The notes: a model not told the origin generated them from the letters alone. 64,000 nt of DNA from Cetorhinus maximus (GCF_964194155.1 NC_135887.1:12586001-12650000), one strand, 5' to 3'; positions 1 to 13,500 are shown, counted from the stretch's first letter. A program made the numbers and translations.

Positions 1-447
1 GAAGGCAGACAGCTGCTGCGGAGCTGCCTCAGGGAGCTGCAGATCTGGACAGATTAAATAGCAAAAAGAAAATGCACCAAACTCTGTCAATGCAGCACAT
101 TAATAAGCACCTGGCAGCAGAATTCAAAAAACATCAGTCCCCAGACATTGTTTATCATTATATTTCACCCCGGACTTTTCATACTGCCCTGGATGGAGGT
201 TTCTGCGAAAATGTAAAGGCCGATTGGCCTGTCCGCCAACCGTAAGAGTGGATGGGTTGCGTAAGATCGATTTCAATTGCTTCCTTAATGGGCGTAATTG
301 TCGGTGGGTGCGCTTCCAACTGCTGTGCACTCCTGTCGGGCGAAATATCACGCGAGTGTGCAATGACATCGGGGCGCGCACACGATGTCTTCTCATGCAA
401 TGTTGGGTTGGGCATGCGCCCACACAACCAGCGTAATAAATCTGCCC
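1..447. mobile_element. Right-hand end of a PIF/Harbinger-family DNA transposon (truncated by the window edge)
   Basis: Ends in ...cagcgtaataaatctgccc (447), matching the terminus ...cagcgtaaaattctgccc of the complete Harbinger at 14002. The subterminal ~270 bp aligns by eye with 13720-14002. Confidence 0.75.
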
Positions 448-2119
448 ATGGTTTTCCAAAGGAAAACAGCCAGAAACCACATGAATGCCTGTGAACTGGG
501 AAAGGAATTATTCTTTTTAATTTGGGTCTGGCAGAATACATTCACCTTAGAGCTACATTTAACACAGCAGTTAAAGGCAATTTCTGGATTAAGGCTCAGC
601 ATAAGAATATGGTCTAGATTTTAAAATGGATTAACATGAGACGCTCCAAATGAATTAGTGGTGTTGCAAAGTGAAATATAAAATTTAAATTTTATGAGCA
701 CCTTTTTTGTTTTCCTACCAGTAAATTTTTTATGAAGCACACTGGGGCATTTAATTAGGTTAAAGATGTCATGTCAATACAATTTGCTGTTGTTGAATCC
801 AGGCCAGTGATGGGCACTGAAGATCTTATATCTTTTCGGCCTTGTTTGTGCCTGGTTGAATCTGGAATAACTCTCTTAATGGGATCTCTGTAAATTGAGT
901 TTTGCTGGGCTATATTTTTTTTCCTGGGGCTGTGGGTGGGTTTGTGACTGCAACCTAACTAGGCTGCCTGAAGTCCTCAGTTATCTGATGAGTGTTTTTC
1001 TCCAGTGCTACCTAGTTTGGTGAAATGCTGCCCAGTTATTATTATTAATCTTCAGTACTGTCACTGGGTGCAGCGTAAAGTAGAATGTTCCAGGGCTTAC
1101 CCACCCTCATCGTAGGAAACTACAAAAATACTTCCACTAATGTGAGGAGCTTTGGGTATTGGGATGTGTTACATTAGTGAGCAGCTGGGCACCACTGTTA
1201 GTCTGTACTTCATCCCAAATGAGCCATTAGGATCACTCAGCTATTCTGTGGAAGATTTAGCATTAACACAGCTCCCTTTCCTTTCATTCTCTTCACCACC
1301 AACCCCCCCTTCACTCCCCCCCACCCCCACCAACCCCCTCCAAAATGGTATGGAAATTCCATCATACTAGTGTGATTCCTATATTGGGGTAGTAAAACAG
1401 AAATTTTATCTGACTCCGGAGTGTGCTTTTCCTGCCATGTCTCCAGGCAACAAAGAAGATCTTAATGGCCTTTCAAAAAGTGCTGGCATTACTGGAGCTG
1501 TCAGGCTCACTCTTATAGAGCGAGCCTGGCACTGATGTATACAACATTAAACAACTGCAAAGAGTCATATTTCTGGCAACCTACTTTTGATAAACAGGGC
1601 CCCAATGGCACTAAAACTACTCCAACTTTGCTACAGTTTAATATTGTTGACCACTCCTCTGACAACACCCAGATCCTAAGCTGATGACTGAAGGGAGTTC
1701 TGGTGCAGCAGGAGATGTGTTGTCCTGGAATGTGCACCAGGGGAACAGAAGTTGCAACTGGCTTGGGTTACAGCCGAGTGGGAACATCAAACGTTTCATT
1801 TCACCGGTTGTCGTCTATTACCGCGATAGTCTTTTTTTTTTGCATTCGCATTTTTGTCAATAAGGATAAGAAGTTATAAAGTTCTTGAGGTGTTGACTAA
1901 TACCAAGATGTGGGTAAACTGGAAAGATTACAGAATCAAATGGACAATTTCAATCAAAATCTGTCCAACCGCACTCATTGGAGGTTAAATCCCCTTCTCC
2001 CCTCCCACCCCACCCAGAGTTCAGATAAACAAAAACCTAACAACTACCTAGTTGAAGTGTTGTCGGTCCTCTGACATGGAGGAATCCTCCAGTAGGATTC
2101 CACTGAGATACAGACCAGC

Positions 2120-2295
2120 TCAGCTCAGTCGCTGGGTCAAAATCCTGGAACTCCCTCCCTAACACCACTGTGGATGTACCTACACCACATGGACTGCAGC
2201 GGCTCAAAGGAGACAGCTCATCACCATCTTCTTAAGGGCAACGAGGGATGGGCTAGCCAGCGACACCCACATCCCATCAATGAATTAAAAAAATC
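2120..2295 (+). mobile_element. 3' tail fragment of a CR1-clade LINE (same family as 56147-58241)
   Basis: gtcgctgggtcaaaatcctggaactccctccctaac...cccacatcccatcaatgaattaaaaaa matches the 3' end at 58060-58240. Confidence 0.8.
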
Positions 2296-2989
2296 TGACC
2301 CCAATGCAATCATGCATGCCTCATATCCTGCTTATGCTCTGAGCCCCTTTCCCACAGTTGATGTTTTGCCTTCTGTTAATTATACAAAGTGCTAAACACG
2401 CTCCTTGCTTTACAGGGTGGGGTTCAGCTTCTTTAAGAACTGCTTGAAGACAAGGGGTGGAATTTGTCTGGACCCGTTGGTGGCGGGTGTCATGGCAGGC
2501 GGGGTGGGTGGGGGAAGAATTCGGTGTGAGGGGCAGAAATTGGTTTCAGGCCGGTGTGAAATCACAGCGGGATCATCCGATGGTGTCCGCCATGGCGGAT
2601 CGCGAATCTCACCGGAGGCCGGCGTGAACACGATTTGCATCCCACTAATGGGGTGCAAAGTAAGGCCCAACTGGAATTGTACCCCCACACCCAAGTCACC
2701 ATTACGCCAGCGGGAAAACACACCGGTCCAGAATATGTGTGGACAAGTGCAGAAGGTGGGGCTTACTGCTAGGGCCTTGCTCAGATCAGAGACATCTGAG
2801 GAGCAGAAGATGCTGGAGCCCTACAGCTACCAGACCCTGGAGGAACACGTGCATCACATGCTGGGTGGATCCTCATGCAGATAGCTCTACCACGAAGCAG
2901 CTCTCAAAAGGTGGGAGATCTCTGCTGATGCTTCAGGCCTGCTTCAGGGCATCATGGTCTTGGCCATGGGCTGCTACAGATGATCGGCG

Positions 2990-3660
2990 AAGGATGGAGG
3001 GGAGGAAGGCATAGTGGTGGAGGGGTGAGGTTGGGAGGGAGGGAATGAAGGTGTCGGGGGTGGATGAGGTTGGGAGGGGGGTGATGAAGGTGTCCAGGGG
3101 AATGAGGGAGTACGGGGGTGGGGAAGGTGTAATCAGGGAGAATGCTGCAAGTGGGGAGGTAGGTGTAAGGAAGGGAGATCAGAGAGGGGAGGGTATCTGG
3201 GGGAGGAGGGAGTTCAGAGAGAGGAAGGTGCCCAGGGGAGGAGGGAGTAAGGGGGTGGTGGGGGGTGTCCAGGTGAATGTGGAATGTAGGAGTCTGTGGA
3301 GTCAATGACTACCTCTTGGGGAGAGAACTGAGGGTGAGCGTGATAGGAGGGAATGGTGAGTGTGAGGGGGGGTGTTAGAGGAACCTGGTAGGGCGGGAGG
3401 TTGAGGGTGCATCAGTAACAGTAGATGGGGTGGCGAGGGTGGTTGGTGGGGACACGGGGCAGACACAGATCCTGGGGGGTGGGAAGGAGGTGATCAGGGA
3501 GGTCAATGTGGATGGGGGTGGGGTTCTCCAGGAGGTAAGGAACGTGCACGTTCACCTGGACAGCCTGGAATGACAAGGGTTCTGGTTGGTAGGTGACGGT
3601 GGGAAGGCAGAAGGTGATGCCAGGGGGTCCACAGTGATGGGGGAAAGGACGGGGGAGCTA
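2990..3660 (+). repeat. G/purine-rich low-complexity tract inside the Harbinger element
   Basis: Dense runs of GGG/GGGA/GGTG with strong strand skew; explains the spurious Gly-rich and Pro-rich ORFs. Confidence 0.7.
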
Positions 3661-4138
3661 ATCAAGAACTTTACCACAACCATGTTTGTCAAATCAAAAG
3701 TGAGCAGAGCCTCTTGTTGGACGGGCACGGGTGCTGTGTGGGAGTGTGACCAGTGAGCGGGCGGAGATGCAGGTCCCGCTCAGATGGACACCTGAAAGAG
3801 AACCCCAGCAGGCAGCATTGAAAATGCTTGGGACATTGGGATGAGTGGGATGGCTGAAGGCTCCGTGTGTGTGAGAGAGGCTTGCACGAGGCTCCGAAAG
3901 GCCCTGCCACACACACACTCCTCCCTCCAGAATCACTCGTGGTCCGTCTGTGTGCAGCTGAACTGCTAGTGGGAGGGGGGGATGCAGGGGGAGGACTCAC
4001 AAAGCCTGTCAATGAAGCTGAAAGACAACATTACACATTACTCAGTGAAAGTGAATAAATTTTCAGATTATAAAGTGACAAAATGTTGCCCGTGCAACCA
4101 CGTGATCTGAATTTCTTCACTTCTCCAGGCCGACCAAT

Positions 4139-4605
4139 CCATTTAAGTTATGAAGAGAGGTTGGATAGACTTGGGTTGTTTTCGTTGGAGCAGAGAAGAC
4201 TGAGGAGTGACCTGATCGAGGTGTACAAGATTATGATGGGCATGGACAGGGTGGATAGGGAGTAACTGTTCCCCTTAGTTGAAGGGTCAGTCACAAGGGG
4301 ACATAAGTTCAAGGTGAGGGGCAGGAGGTTTAGGGAGGATGTGAGGAAAAGCTTTTTTACCCAGAGGGTGGTGACGGTCTGGAATGCACTGCCTGGGAGG
4401 GTGGTGGAGGCGGGTTGCCTCACATCCTTTAAAAAAGTACCTGGATGAGCACTTGGCACATCATAACATTCAAGGCTATGGGCCAAGTGTTGGTAAATGG
4501 GATTAGGTAGGTAGGTCAGGTGTTTCTCATGTGTTGGTGCAGACTCAATGGGCCAAAGGGCCTCTTCTGCACTGTGATTCTGTGATTCTGTGATTCTGTG
4601 ATCCT
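4139..4605 (+). mobile_element. 5'-truncated CR1-clade LINE (HER1-type tail) inserted in the Harbinger
   Basis: Encodes [31 protein letters not shown] (CR1 ORF2 C-terminus); 3' end tgcagactcaatgggccaaagggcctcttctgcac followed by a (ctgtgatt)n tail. Confidence 0.9.
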
Positions 4606-6272
4606 CCTAAGTGCTGCCCTGACATCCACAGCAGGGGTGGGGACAGCCTGTGCAATGATTGGCTCTGTTGCCTCTGATGACTTCAGCATGGGTCCTCTGG
4701 GGAGCCAAGGCCTGCTGGGGCCCGGTTGCTTTGGCTGTCCTCCTGTGGGCTGGCTGCACCCTTTGTGCTGACAGAGGGCAAGGCTGAGGAGGCCATAAGC
4801 AAAGGGGACTCGGAGGGAGTGGACAGCCTCTGAGATTCCTGAGTGGGTGACCCAGGGGTGTCAAGCTGCTGCTCCTCCTCCATTCGGGTGCCTGAGGGTC
4901 CCTTGAGGGGTGGGCGCACCTGGAGGGATGTTGAGGTGCCCCATTTCCCCCTCAAATTGCCGCTACAGGAACTGACCCATGGGTCCCACAGTGGAGTGCA
5001 GGTCAGTGCGCATCTCCGTGTTCTGCTGGATCAGGATCTCCATGGCATCTGCCATCCTTCCCATGGAGAACTCCATACGTGCACATGTGGGCACCACTTC
5101 ATCAGAGAGCAGGCGGACGCACTCCTCCAATCGCGTACCACTCTGTTGAAGGCTCCCAACAGCTCTGCATGATGTTCCCCCACCTTCTGCTGACTCTCCA
5201 CGATGAGTTGGAAGGCCGAATCCAGAGGCTCGTCATCTGACTCAGACCTCACAGATGCCTCTTCCCCAGCAGAGTGCCGTGGAGCTCAGCCGAACCTGCC
5301 TCCTGCTGCTGTGGACGTGTGTCCATGCGGTGACCACCAGATTGTGAACCCAAGCCTGCACTAGATCTAGGTCCCACCGAGGTGTGTATCAATGCACTGG
5401 TGGAAGGTGTGGGTGAGCGCTGTGATGGGTCTTCAACAGTGCAGCCCTCAGGGTCCTCATCCCAGGTGCTCTCGGTGCTGGGGTTGGGGTCAAGGTTGCC
5501 TGAGGGCGACATGTCAGATGTATTTAGGACAGGAAGTAGAAATTATAGTGCTTAGCAGCCACATTGAACAAAGAATAGTGGATTCAGAGTAGCATTGAGA
5601 GAGGGATGGTGTGGTGCAGGATCCTCATGTGGGAACTTGGCGCCGACCTCACCGTTGCCGCAGGAACAGACCACGCCCTCTCCGGCCAGTTCCAACGCAG
5701 AACTCTCAAACAGAGTGAGGACCTTAATGTCTGGCACTCCACCCCCAGTCTTGGACCTCTCCCGTTGATTGTGAGCGATCTTGTCCTGCATAAAGACAGA
5801 TGGACAGAGTGTGAGCAAGGTGCATGCCAGGCCAAATGAGAAGGATGCCAGGCGTGCGTGTGTGCTGAGTGGAGCCATGGATCCATGAGCAGGCTGTCTC
5901 CAGAGGAGATGAGGCCAGATGGAGATGTGAGAGTGTGTGTGTGAGAGAGTGAATGGTGATGTCCCTTGAGCTGGCAGTGAGTGAGCTGCCAGTGAATGTG
6001 TGATGGGCATGTGAGTGGGTGAGTTGAGATTGATAAGATGGTTGACTTACCCTGGTGCCACGAGTGAGATCATTTATCTGTTGCATTGGCCCTGACCGCC
6101 TCTACCACCACCTCCGAAGCCGGAGTGGTGAGACTGATGGGCCTCCTGCGGCCAGAGGGGGGAGTAGAGGACATCACGGTGGGCCTCCATAGCACCCAGA
6201 AGGCATCCTAGTGATGCGTCACTGAATTGGGCGGATGCAATCTTCTTGGCTTTTGGGGCCACATCTTCACTG
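4600..6272 (-). pseudogene. Harbinger Myb/SANT-like DNA-binding protein gene, spliced and degenerate
   Basis: Translates to APKAKKIASAQFSDASLGCLLGAMEAHRDVLY. A donor ccag|gtaagt lies near 6050 and an acceptor tttatgcag| precedes DKIAHNQRERSKTGGGVPDIKVLT (the KTGGG motif typical of Harbinger Myb/MSANTD proteins). Frameshifts and stops are present; the 3' boundary is approximate. Confidence 0.7.
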
Positions 6273-8221
6273 GAGCAGTCCTGGGCTGCGAGCATTGAGG
6301 AGTGTGCGCGCGGCTGCAGTTTAAATATGGCATCCACCGTCTGAAGCGGCGAGGTAATGGCATGGTGGGCAAATCAGAGGCCGCCCGCCAGCGATCTGGC
6401 ATGTTTCCCGTGAATGCGTTATTAAATGAGTGCCGGGAAGGGGATGATATGTCACAAAAGACCCGCCATTGCGGCCAGTGGGTAAAACGTCTTTTTTCAC
6501 GCCCGCCACTGCACTTAGTGCAAATCTGGGATGATTCCACCCAAGGACTTCCAAGGCAAAGTCTTTTGAAAAGCCGACTGGAGGACAGAAGTGAGCGTGC
6601 GGCATTCGTGTTAGCTTCTGCCCTTGATTTGAGTGTTGAGCTGGCGGCATCGACACTTTGGGTTTTAACTTCACGATCTGGTGGTAAATCAGAGCCCAAT
6701 CTCAAATCGTTATATTTTCCCCTGCCCAGAACTCAGCTCCTATTTGTCAAACTAAACGCAAATGTTAGTTATTCCCCGAACAGCACTGGTGACAAACCGG
6801 GCAAAGTATGTGGTCTGCAGCACCCATTTCCTTCGGCTGACAGAGAATCGCTGGAGAAAGATTTGCACAGAAAAAATAAATAAATCCCTATAACAGCCTG
6901 TGAGGAGAAGGCTGAGAAAACACTAGATAAATTTCCGTGTACAATAATGAGGTGTTCTGGCCTGTCAGGCGAGCGCCACGCTAATTGCCTGGCTTCCCAG
7001 ATGAAACCAATTATCATTCTGTTCTCCCAGATGGAGAAACATGATTGTTGCTGCCCTCCTTTGGTGCCTGCTCCCATCCCCTTTAATTTAAGAGTAATTT
7101 GGTTTGGGTTGTGCAGCAGCAAATAGCTATCTCTTTCTCAAATGTTTCCCTGCAGAGCAGCCCTTTATTACCGTAGGCAATTATAAATCAAAAAGGAAAA
7201 TCTCGCACAAATATTTCTTAAAATGCTGGTGTGGTAATTTAAAAAAAAATTGAGATTTGTGGTCTATTGTGCACAGACTACTGTCTTGACTGAAGGTGAA
7301 TTCAAACAGCAAAATGAGCTGTAGCATCCCTGAGCTGCATTTTCAGTCTGTTTCCAGTCCCTTGCCAAACTGCCTTCTTCCCCCTGGGGATAATGTTTGA
7401 GTCCACGCCTACCTCATTTCCACCACTGCAGCAAAACATGCCTTCATACTACCTTAGGGACTGATTTCTCACATGCTTATTTCTCTGGCCTCCATACTTC
7501 ACAGTCTTCAGCTAGTCCAGGGTCGGCGTGGGTGGTGGGGGGGTGGGGGATGGCGGGGGAAGGTGAGACCTCTCACACGAGGTGCCACACTCTAATTCCA
7601 TCCCATCCTGATCAAGCTCCTGTGGTTCTCTGTGTCCTAGCAATGAACAATTTAAAGAATTCTCATCCTCAAACCGCTTCACGTCTTTGCCCTTCCCTTT
7701 CGGGAACACCCTCACCAACCCTCCAGCCCGGCCCATGCCCGTGATGGTGTGCATTAGTGGGTTACTGAGCCATGGTGAGCGCCGCAGCTTGGTTGATGCT
7801 GTTCCCACCAAATGTGCCAGATGTCCATGTACCTCACCTTCAAGCCACTGGCCACTGGAGGGTACTCAGGAATGAGAACCCTGGCTGATTATTTTTTTTC
7901 CCTTTCCCTAGCCTACGAAAATTGTGAGAAATCTTGGCATTCCAGCTACTTTACAGCCAGTTCTGTAACTGTCTAATCTCTTGACTGAGCAGTTAGACAT
8001 GACACGAGGCAATCAAAAGATGTGAGGGAAAGTGAAATTCTTTTGATAAGAGGTGGTGGATACTATCATTCTCAGACAATTGGAATCCTTCTTTTGCCAT
8101 GATGAACAAAGCTTTCATTTATCTAGCACCCCTAACGTCGTGAAATGTCCGAAGGTGCTTAATTGTAATCAGAATCTAATAGTGAACAATTTAGTCAAAC
8201 CGGATAAAGGATACCTACAAC

Positions 8222-9809
8222 TCGAGTGTTGCTGAGAAAAGAGATATGCTGGTGAAGCTTTTTGTCTTGCACTCATCAGGACAATTTGAAAGAATACCAA
8301 TTGTAAAGAGAACAACAATTTATACTGCATGAGAAGAGAGTACTGATTGGTTGGCAAATGGACGTGCCACAATTGTCTGAATCTGCATTGATTGAACTTA
8401 TGAACTCAGCAACACCATGTATCCCCAACGTGTTGCCATGGGATCCCCTTTAACCCCCAGCTCTCACAAACATTTTTGTCAGTTTCTACGAGAAAGATGT
8501 CTTTGATGGAATGACGTCTAACCTCCTACACCTTTCATATTTTCGATGTGTAGGTGATACGTTTGCTATATTTGAATCCACAGCTGCGTGTAAGAATTTC
8601 CTTACACACCTTCATGGGCACCACCCTCAGCTCAAATTTACCTTTGAAATGGAGCAGTCAAATGAGCTCCCTTTCCTCGATGTGCTAGTTGAGAAATCTG
8701 CCAGTGGGTTCTCTACTACTGTCTAGCACAAGCCTACCTTCACTGGTCATTATACGCGTTGGGATTCCTACACTTCCATGCGCTATGAGATTGGCCTTAT
8801 TGGCAACCTCATAAATAGAACCCAAGCCATTTGCTCACCGTGCAACTTGATGCTTGAAGTAGGGCACATCAAAGCCATTCTGCGGGTTAATGGTTACCCT
8901 GATCATGTCATTGCTCACTGTATATAGCACAAACTCATGGGTGGGCCTAAAGCCGCAACTTTTGGCCCTGAAAAGTGCCCAGTCTACCTCAGATTGCCCT
9001 GGAAGGGTAAGGTGTGTCAAAACTTTGAGTAACAAGCAAAGCTAGCTGTTTCACACTGCTGCTATGCTGCCATCAAGACCAAAACTACATTCTGCCTATC
9101 ACAAAAATGAATAATGTGGTATGTGAGTTTCAGTGCTGGTGTGATGCTAGGTATGTAGACCATATGTCCCAACGATTGGTGGATCGTACCAAACAGCATG
9201 TCCCTTCGGCTGTTCATAACAGGCAAAGTACTGACCGTACCTAACCAGCCTGTGCTTGCAAAGCTTAAAACATTATGCCCAACATTGGATGAGATTCTGT
9301 GATTGGACAGCACTTGCTAAACAATCCTGATTGTGCTAAGAATTACACTGACAATCAATTTAAGATGATCAGTCGTGCTCGCAGTGTGGCTTAGTTACAT
9401 GTGCTAGAAGCTTCATACACGTACACACAGGGTCCTGTCCTTTGCAGACAGGAGGAGCATATCCATGTATTGCATCTTTTTCAAGTAAACAAAAGCTTAG
9501 GGGACAGCCGTTCCCTAGTTCATTCCCCAGGGCAATGCCTTGGCCAATCAGAGTCAACCTGCCTGGCTTGAATTTAAACAAAAGCTTGGCAGTGAACTGT
9601 TCCCTGGTGCATTCTCCATGCCAATGCCTCTACTAACCAGAGTCCACTTGTCAACCAATCAGCACTCTCTTCTCATGCAGTATAAATTGTTGTTGCCTTT
9701 ACATTTGGTATTCTTGCGAATCTGTCCTGATGCGGACAAAACAAAAAGCTTCAACAGCACGTCTCGTTTTTCAGCAATATTCAAGTTCTGTTCTACCAAA
9801 TGACTATTT
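8222..9809 (+). mobile_element. Penelope-like retroelement (partial RT plus GIY-YIG), degenerate, with an inverted terminal repeat
   Basis: RT remnants VAMGSPL, YFRCVGDTFAIF (YVDD-equivalent) and LKFTFEMEQSNELPFLDVLV; GIY-YIG remnant near 9110-9200. 8228-8365 is an inverted copy of 9641-9780. Flanked by the 13-bp direct repeat GGATACCTACAAC (8209-8221, 9810-9822). Confidence 0.85.
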
Positions 9810-10419
9810 GGATACCTACAACAGTTGTAAAAATATTTTAAATCAGTAAATCAGTCACAGCAAACACACAGATCTGGTGCAGTGACGAAGAGCCTGAAAT
9901 CTCACAGATAAAACCACTTCAGATTGTGTGCAAAGAACGCCTATGTCTTTGTGTCTGGAAAGTGGCCAGGTTATGTGGAAGAAGGAAACATGGGAAGTCT
10001 TCAGTGGCCCGACATAGACACGTGGAGATTTTACAGTGTGTTTGTAAGATCCTCTGTGTAAAATGAGATTTGTGTTATGTTTGTTTAAATCGTTTGAAGC
10101 GACTGCCGATGGAATCAGCAGCCAAATGATGCCAGTGGTAGGGATGTGAGCGAGAGCAACATAGATTAAAGCCTTGCGTTCCACACACAGTGGCCTGAAT
10201 TTTCAGGTCAGCGGGCGGGCGCGATCGGCTGGGAAACGGGCTGCTGCCTGCGATCGGCCCGCGACTGCAATTTCACCCTGTTTGCCAGTTAAGGCCCGCC
10301 CAGCGTGTGATGCAGCTTAGCAATGGTCGGGCCGGGCAGGGGGCTGCCGGTGAAGAAGCAGACAGTCTGCGTTACAGAGACGGTGCCTGTGGCCTCGGCA
10401 GTAGCTGGCGACGCCAGGT

Positions 10420-11960
10420 GGGAGGGCAGGTTGGGTGGGCACTCCCCCACCCCCCCCCACCCCACCCCCCCTGCTTTTCGGATGAATGCCTCACTGTGCT
10501 CCTGGAGGATGTGGCTGCCAGCAGGGACACCCTTGTACCACAGGAAGGAAGGAGGAGGCCACCACACCTGACGAAGAAAGCCTGGGAGGAGGAGGCAGCA
10601 CAGGTCAGCAACCATGACGCGGTGTGACACACATTGGGTGCAGCGCCGCAAGAGGTAAAATGGCCTGCTGCGCTCAGGAAGGGTGCAGTTGGCATGGATC
10701 AGTGCGCAGAAGTGTTAAGCGCTGGCCGTCCCCCCCCCCCCCCCCACCCCCGCCGTGGAGCTCAGGTGTGTTAGAGTCTGTGCCAACTATCAATCACACC
10801 TGAGCTGGCCAAGGGGGTGAGCCCTGGCTACTTGGACTGAGTGCCTTGTGGCTCGAGGGCCATGACTTGGATGTGCCCTGCGAGGTGCTCCTCAGCTGGG
10901 GTTGGCCAGGCTGCAATGGCGCTGCAGGTAGAGAGTGGACTAATCAATGCCCCTCTGTCCTTTCAGGAGAAGACGAGCCATGATCAATTAGAGAGATGAC
11001 GGACAGGCGGAGACCACCCAACATGCTGCTGACGAGTAGGACACCTTTGAGCTTGAGAGCAGGCACGCTTCCCGTACAACCGGTCTTGGAGAGACTGGGG
11101 TGTCAGATGAAGGTAAGAGTGCAGTGCACAGAGGTGAGAGCTTCGGTTTGTACAACCATTCTAGTGTAATCCCTTCACTGAATGGGGCCTCGAACCTGGA
11201 ATCCCCATTGATCATTGAAAGATGATGGCACCATGATGCAGATCTCCATTGTCTCACCAGGGTGCCAAGCATGCACAGTGATACCCCTGATGCCAGAGAG
11301 GTGCCGAGCTTTATCTGCACCTATGTCACACCAGTACTCTGAATCAGACACCAGCACAGATACCAGCACCTCGGTGGGCGTTAGATCATCGGCTACATTG
11401 TCAGTGCACGTTAGCGAGGGCACTTCACACTCACTTAAAGTGCAGGCGGAGGCAGAGAGTGCCCAGGGCGCTGGCAGTTGGAGGACTGCTGGAGACCAGG
11501 ACGATGCTGAGGCGAAGGCAGATAATGAGCCTCTGGAGTCGTCCATTAGGCAGCAGATGCTGGATGTCCAGCGCGATGTGTGGGAGGATCTGGCGGAGAT
11601 CCATGAGGGTCTACAAGCCATGGTCTCTATTATGGAGGAGTCCATGTGGAGCATGGACATTGCGTTGACCCTCATGGCCGAGTGCACTTCCTCCTCCATT
11701 GAGACAGTGGTGACTGTCATGGAGAGGCAGCTCCAGGGACAGAATGAGGGGGATGCCAGCTCTGGCACTGGCCGCTCCTTCCCAGGCAGGGCCAGCACAG
11801 GCTCCACTAGCCAGAGGACAACTGCCAAGGTCATCAAGGCCAACAAGACAGCAGAGTCAGCAGGCTGTCTCCAATGCCACTGCCAGCGACGGGGGGGACC
11901 ATGACATAGCACTCGCAAATGTAAGTTTAAGACACCATGCGCACAAAACGGACTGGTCAC
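10420..11960 (+). pseudogene. Harbinger Myb/SANT-like gene, spliced and inactivated
   Basis: PCFSDECLTVLLEDVAASRDTLVPQEGRRRPPHLTKKAWEEEAAQVS, then an in-frame TGA. An acceptor tttcag| near 10966 gives EKTSHDQLER*RTGG. A coiled-coil-like 229-aa ORF lies at 11215-11904. Confidence 0.75.
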
Positions 11961-12199
11961 AGGTGATCCTCTGTTCAGTTATGTTTGGTTTATATGTCTA
12001 TTGGTATTGACATCAACACCAGTAACGGTCATGTCAATGTGATTTCAATGTGACAATAACATTTAATTTGCTTTTGTTCTGATGGCCTGAGTATGCTTCA
12101 TCTTTTATTTTTGGTGCAGGGTACGCTAGTAATTAATGCTGGACGTGAGTGGCTCTAAACTTTATTGCACAGGCACTGAGTGGGCTTTGGGTTCAAATG

Positions 12200-13500
12200 A
12201 AAGGGTCACTTCAGACATCCGGGATGGAGGCGGCAGCCCTGGCGTGGGGTGGGAGCAGTTCTTTGGCAGCCTAGCTGAAGGAGCGTTGGACCAAGGCATC
12301 CCTGGTGTAACAACCTCCCTGGGAGATACAGAGGTCTGCCTCCACACCCTCAGCGTTCTCCTCACTGGGCTCCTCTTCGGACTCACTACTGGACTCATCC
12401 TCTGTGGCCTGTGGAGCTGTGTCAAGATCCTCTTCCTCCAGTGGGTCCCCCCCCTTGCCAGTGCCAGATTGTGGACAGCGCAGCATGCAACCATTATCAG
12501 TGACACCCGCTCTGGGGGGTATTGTAGAGCACTCCCTGAACTATCCAGGCTTCAGAAGCGCACCATTAGAAGATCTATGGTCTTCTCTATCACTGCCCTT
12601 GTAGAAGCATGACTTCTATTATACCACTGCTCTGCCTCTGTTCTTGGGTGGCAGAGAGGCGTAATGAGCCACCTTTTCAATGGATAGCCCTTGTCACCCA
12701 GCAGCCATCCATCCAGTCAGGCTGGAGCACTGAAGAGCCTCGGCACCTGGGTGTGTCTCAGGATATAAGCGTCATGGGAGCTGCCTGGGTAGCTTGCACA
12801 GACTTGCAGAATATGCATCCTGTGGTCACACACTATCTGCATGTTCATGGAGTGGAATCCCTTTCTGCTGACTCACTGGTGCCTTGATGGCCACATATGT
12901 GCAGTCAATGGCACCCTGGACATGGGGGAACCCAGCAATCACTGCAAAGCCTCTGGCTCGCTCAGCCTGGCTGGCTTCATCTGTATGGTAAAGAATAAAG
13001 GTCAGTACCCACCTGAACAGATCTTCTGTCACCAGCTTGACGCAGCTGTTGACAGCTGATTGGGAGACTCCGCACAGATCCACCACTGACCCCTGGAAAG
13101 AGCTGGATGCATAGAAGTTGAGGGCCACTGTGACCTTCAGAACTACTGACATGGAGTGTCCACCCACACAGTTGGAGGTGATCTCAGGCCCGATCATCTG
13201 ACAAATGGAGGTCACAGTCTCCCTAGAGCGGCGGAGCCTCCTTCAGCATTGCACTTCAGACATATTGAGGTAGCTGCGTTGCCGCCTGTAAACCCTGGCA
13301 GCAGGATAGTGGTGTCTTCTGCAGCCCCTTCCACCTTGGACCACCTGCTGGCCCTGGGCCCCTTGTGCCTGCGCCTCTCCTCCCACAGGTCCCTCCCCTG
13401 GAAGCTGCACAAGGACACCTGGCCTCCACTGCCTTCTACCCCTCTCTTCCTCCTCCTCAGAGGAGGTGCCTCCAGCAGAGACCACAATCCCCATTACCAG
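12200..13500 (-). pseudogene. Harbinger (HARBI1-like) DDE transposase, inactivated
   Basis: Motifs [68 protein letters not shown] and ACCAVHNLA; stops and frameshifts present. Confidence 0.92.

Larger units (their letters stand above)
2455..6542. mobile_element. PIF/Harbinger transposon, non-autonomous; retains a degenerate Myb/SANT gene but has no recognisable DDE core
   Basis: TIRs GGGTGGAAT... / ...ATTCCACCC; 3-bp TSD AAG at 2452-2454 and 6543-6545; internal spliced Myb-like pseudo-ORF on the minus strand. Confidence 0.8.

Noticed and set aside
6208-6883. Overlapping 165-aa and 193-aa ORFs
   Set aside because: They span a GC-rich transposon terminus and cross the TIR/TSD boundary, so they are chance ORFs.
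11215-11904. 229-aa and 261-aa ORFs as an independent host gene
   Set aside because: They are the C-terminal exon region of the Harbinger Myb gene and its antisense shadow.
12200-13500. Domesticated HARBI1 host gene
   Set aside because: It has stops and frameshifts and lies within TIRs and a TSD, so it is a transposon copy.
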